In this document: in pieces, positions 60,201 to 64,000 of the stretch
Numbering within the stretch: the first letter of the stretch is position 1
How the letters are laid out: each line of letters starts with the position of its first letter
NCBI GenBank assembly: GCA_030704615.1
Contig: CM060731.1
Location: 27,590,001-27,654,000 of the forward strand
Source: Takakia lepidozioides
Taxonomy: Eukaryota; Plantae; Bryophyta
Direction: 5' to 3'
Length of the DNA: 64,000 bases
The notes under the pieces: model-generated
What the model was told of the DNA's origin: nothing
What the model saw: the letters and a program-made list of their open reading frames with translations, nothing else
The model's database searches: none
Translations under genes and position numbers: made by a program

Positions 60201-63200
60201 ATCTGCGTCACTCTGCTGACAACCTCCATCACTTTCAAACATTGGAACATAAACCTTATCTGTGACTGGAAGGAAGGACCTTACTTGGAGCCATCTCACA
60301 ACGAAGAGCGAGGGGATGACGACAATCAAGACTTGCCATGTGACCATTGCAATGATCACTATCACACCCAAAAGTTCTAGAGACACCGATGATACAAACC
60401 CGAAACCAAGGGGTACATCAATGTCCAATAGAGTCATGTCTTGGGAGATCTGCCCCAGGATTACCAACAAGCCATCAGAATTCAATTGATTAAAGCAATT
60501 AACAGACTCTAATTTAAAGCGTATTACAACATCAGTTCAAACAGCTCAAACTTGACACAAGAAAGCAAGAGAGGATTTGGAGGTATATTGACATACCCGG
60601 CTCAGGATTCTGCCCATCGGTGTAGAGTCAAAGAAGGCCATAGGTGCGCAGAAAAGACAAGTAATCAAAATGGAAAAAAAGGTTTTGGAAGCCTTCAAGC
60701 CCAGGGCAACATTATATCGGGAGCGTAGAAATACAAAAATCCCACTGACAATAGAAAGACCTGAATACACAACTATCAATACAGTATCACTTGTGATGGC
60801 ATCAGAAACACGAGTGGCCATCCAATAGTTGGCTGCCAACTGTCCCAAAACAAAAACACCTTGTGTCAGAATCCCCATAATAAAAAAAACCCAGCCGTGT
60901 GCAATTCGGATGTAATCTAGATAGGTTTTCAAGCCTGTGTCCCCTGTCTCTCTTTCTTCTTGCTGAACCAATTGGGTCATAACGATGGCTGGAGGTTCTG
61001 GCTCTCTCCGGCTACCCCTTCGTGACCTGGCTATACTAAGATTTTTCAGTAGTTGGGCCCCTGAGGAGGTGACTTCATCTGGGTTTGTTATCCCAGCCTC
61101 ATCCAACTCCTCACTTTCACCATTGTGAGAGACAGTCCCCATGGCTTCTTCGTGAGCCGTGACCAATAGCTTGAAGGCTTGTCCATCCTCCAGCAAATCA
61201 TCGTACTTGCCGGTTTGCACGATCTCACCATCATTCATAACCTGGACAAGTCCAAGTGGTGTTCAAACTCAATATATGGTTGAACATCATCTGTTCTGGT
61301 GGTTTTTCAAGTCCAAAATCATTCATGTTACAATTGCCGGTTCCTAACCGCAAAAAGAAATGGAAAGATGGTGATGCTCAAAGATGAGAGAAAGAAAGCA
61401 AGAAGGGGGAAAAAAGCTTTATAATGTCCACAGAGAAAACCCCAAAGGCGCATGTGATGAAGTAGTAGACAACAACAAAAACCCAAGAGAAGGAGGCGCC
61501 CAACAAGAATTGATCTCCTACTGTAAATATGCAAGTGACCATCACCTTCTTTTTATGAATCATGATAGGCATTGTGACCAGACCCAAGGGTTCATAGTGA
61601 GATCCATCCCCAATGATAACTTCCATGCCATGGACAGGGCTAAGTTTGAGACCCAAGACCCTCACAACTTGGTGATAGACATGGTGCAGCCCGTGTCTAT
61701 CACACAGGCAAAGCTCAAATGACCAACATGGCATTGAGTGATCAAGGGGCTGATTTCCGGTACATGACTTTTCCTTGTCAACTCACCATCCATGGCTTTC
61801 AAATTTGTAGACAACATGACACTCTTCCTGTTCTGATCAGCAGGGTGCTTCCTGATCTCTTGCCCCCTGCCCAAGAGATCTTTCTAGTTTACATTCCAGA
61901 GGTCTGAGCAGCCTGAGAGGTGGCACCCCGGAGGATTTGCCCTTGACATAAGCAGAAAAATGGCAAGGAAGAATGAGATTTCACATGCCATTGGACGAAT
62001 TTTATAACATTCAAGTTACCATTCCCGTGAAATGCTGGCCATGATGTACCCTTCAGGCTTCAAGAGGGGAGACAGAAAGAGGGTTTGCAAGTATACCAAG
62101 ATGAGATCAACAGCTGGAAGAAACTCCACTTGATGTGTGACTAAAATTACAGTCTTCTTTTTTAGGGCTCCCATCACACAATCCTGCAGCAGTCACCCCA
62201 GAGACGTCAGAAGTTGACACTTTGATCGAAAGAGAGACATCCTCAATGAAAAGCTGCTTTGTGTCCTCCATGGATTTCCTCAAACGCAAGGAGATCATAA
62301 CAGCCGCCATATCAATGACACTCCCCACCAAAGGGCTTTGACCATTAAAAGAGGACAGATTTGAAGTGAGAACAAACGTAATTCAAGTAGAGGATGGACC
62401 TTAAAGAGAGTTGCTGCTGTGTGCGCATCGACAGCACTAAAGGGGTCATCTAGCAAGTAAATGCCAGCATCACTATAAACAGCCCGAGCCAATTGAATTC
62501 TCTGCTTTTGTCCCCCACTCATGTTGATACCCCTCTCTCCTATTTCTGTCTGGTCGCCAAATGGGAAGCCATTTATGTCTTGGTCCAAGGCAGAAGCCTT
62601 GATGGCAGACTGGTAACGAGCTTTATCCATGGGTAACCCAAAGAGGATGTTCATTTGTATAGTTCCGCCCTGGATCCATGCTGACTGAGCCACATAGGCA
62701 ATACTGCCGGACACATTCACCTGCCACAAAAGATAACAAACAACATTTCGTGAGCGTTTTCTAATCATGGTTTCTCACCATATTTACAGTACTGTAAATG
62801 AGATTTAAGCAAGAATCACAGGATAAAGAAAAACATGGATAAAAAAGCCACCCCCCAGCTCCCCTGCATGTCTCTCGGGCCTTGCATTGATATCTCCAAG
62901 CCTACATTGAGCAAGTCTCTACTAAATCATCTGCTACAAGAGCTTTGACCTAATCAGCACGGTCAACTTTATAGCTCTATGATTGTCCCTCGGTGGACCC
63001 TCTATCTTTGAAGAAGCTGAAGGAACCTATGCAGAAGACTTACAGTTCCTGAAATCTTTGAGATCTCTCCCATGATCGAGTTAAGCAGTGTCGACTTCCC
63101 AGACCCAACTGCCCCACACACTGCCACATGATCACCATGCTTGATTTGCAAATGTATATCGCGAAGAGTGGGTTTGAGTGCTTTTGGGTCCCAGCTCAAA

Positions 63201-63577
63201 ACGCCATCTCGAATATCTACTGCATACTCTTCACTGGGCTCTCGGTTCACAGCATCGCTCTCCAGTTCATCATCTCCCAAAAATATCCTCAGCCGTTCGA
63301 GCGACACTTGGACCTGGATAATCATCGCAAGGAGCTCAGGGACAACTCGAATAGGCTCTTGGACTATGCGAAATGCAGCGAGGCTTGTGAATACTACAGC
63401 TGGAGTGAGTTTGTGGCCAAGACTAATATACGCTGCAAAGGTCATGGATGACACCAGTACTGGGGTCATCCAGTATAAAGTTGTCCCAAAAGACCGCCTG
63501 TATAGATATGATGAGAGCCAATGGAACTCATGCTGGCGAAGCTCCGTTAATTTTCCTTTGAAGCTGTTTTCCCAGGC
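54269..63577 (-). CDS. ABCC: ABC transporter C family (MRP) member, 3' ten exons; 5' part lies beyond the window
   Basis: Exons 63577-63044, 62720-62400, 62183-62097, 61241-60597, 60449-60285, 59872-59578, 59335-59121, 58856-58551, 58027-57964, 57487-57248 and the terminal exon 54372-54269 (TAA) are all GT-AG and phase-compatible. NBD1 has [22 protein letters not shown] and [11 protein letters not shown]; NBD2 has [16 protein letters not shown] and LVLDEATAS. Confidence 0.96.
54640..57060 (-). mobile_element. Cluster of non-LTR retrotransposon 3'-end copies in the last ABCC intron
   Basis: Three ~500-bp units (~54640-55130, ~55740-56235, ~56245-56762) encode [26 protein letters not shown] (LINE C-terminal CCHC) and end ..tggccacaaggcta(c/t)ggcaaacaac. 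Four shorter tail-only copies at 56783-57060 are interleaved with (GA)n. Confidence 0.8.
57204..57242. repeat. (GA)n microsatellite (also 56762-56784 and 56908-56936; (AAATG)n at 57070-57093)
   Basis: Directly visible. Confidence 0.95.
61495..61880 (-). mobile_element. Retrotransposon protease fragment in an ABCC intron, related to the 31600-32000 protease
   Basis: [62 protein letters not shown] versus [57 protein letters not shown]. Confidence 0.85.
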
Positions 63578-64000
63578 CTGCAGGGCAGTTCATTGTATGT
63601 GAAAGTACGATTGACATTGAAAGTACGATTGAAAGTACAAGTGAATACATTCTGGCCTAGAACAATACAAATTGTTGCCAATGATGCATGGACGCACAAA
63701 AGGGGAGAATGTGTTCAATTTTACAAACAGATGCCATTGCCTTTGCATTTTGCTCCAGCAATACATGATCGTCTGAGTTGGCTGGCAATCTAAGTAAGAA
63801 ACTGCCATAGATGTGCCGCACTTGACGCAAAACACAAAATAAGAAGTTGAGTGGTGGGCGGAGGAAATGTTGAAACAAAATTCCATCGTCGGAGTATACA
63901 AACAATTACCACCCTGAGTCCAGAAGTAAAAAGTTCAAGGCCACAGTACAGAGAGAAAGAAGGAGCAAGAGACTCGAAAACAGTTGAGAGATGGTCAAAG

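Overview
Eukaryotic land-plant nuclear DNA, probably from a non-seed plant (inferred from gene content, not provable here). It has two intact-looking host genes: a 4-exon PIP2 aquaporin (+, 47555-49816) and the 3' ten exons of an ABCC/MRP transporter (-, 54269 to beyond 63577). The rest is mostly pseudogenes and layered mobile DNA. It includes a PLS-class PPR pseudogene, kinase and DYW fragments, and a Tat/Ogre-like LTR-gag remnant. A complete Galadriel-like chromovirus (34090-41057, GAAAG TSD) is nested in an inverted copy of its own family. A tRNA-Ala-primed Ty3/gypsy element carries a dUTPase-like domain and an internally inverted gag. There are also L1-like LINE fragments, SINE-like heads and LINE 3' ends stacked in a (GA)n-rich intron. 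The most unusual part is 1-7850, a decayed, intron-containing cassette. It encodes a ParB/Srx-like domain, a possible degenerate beta-class amino-methyltransferase and two tandem FCP1/NIF-like HAD phosphatase domains. It is marked roughly every 1 kb by a 24-bp palindrome (AACCTCCACTG-NN-CAGTGGAGGTT) that I did not see elsewhere in the window. All domain calls are by-eye motif recognition; no searches were run.
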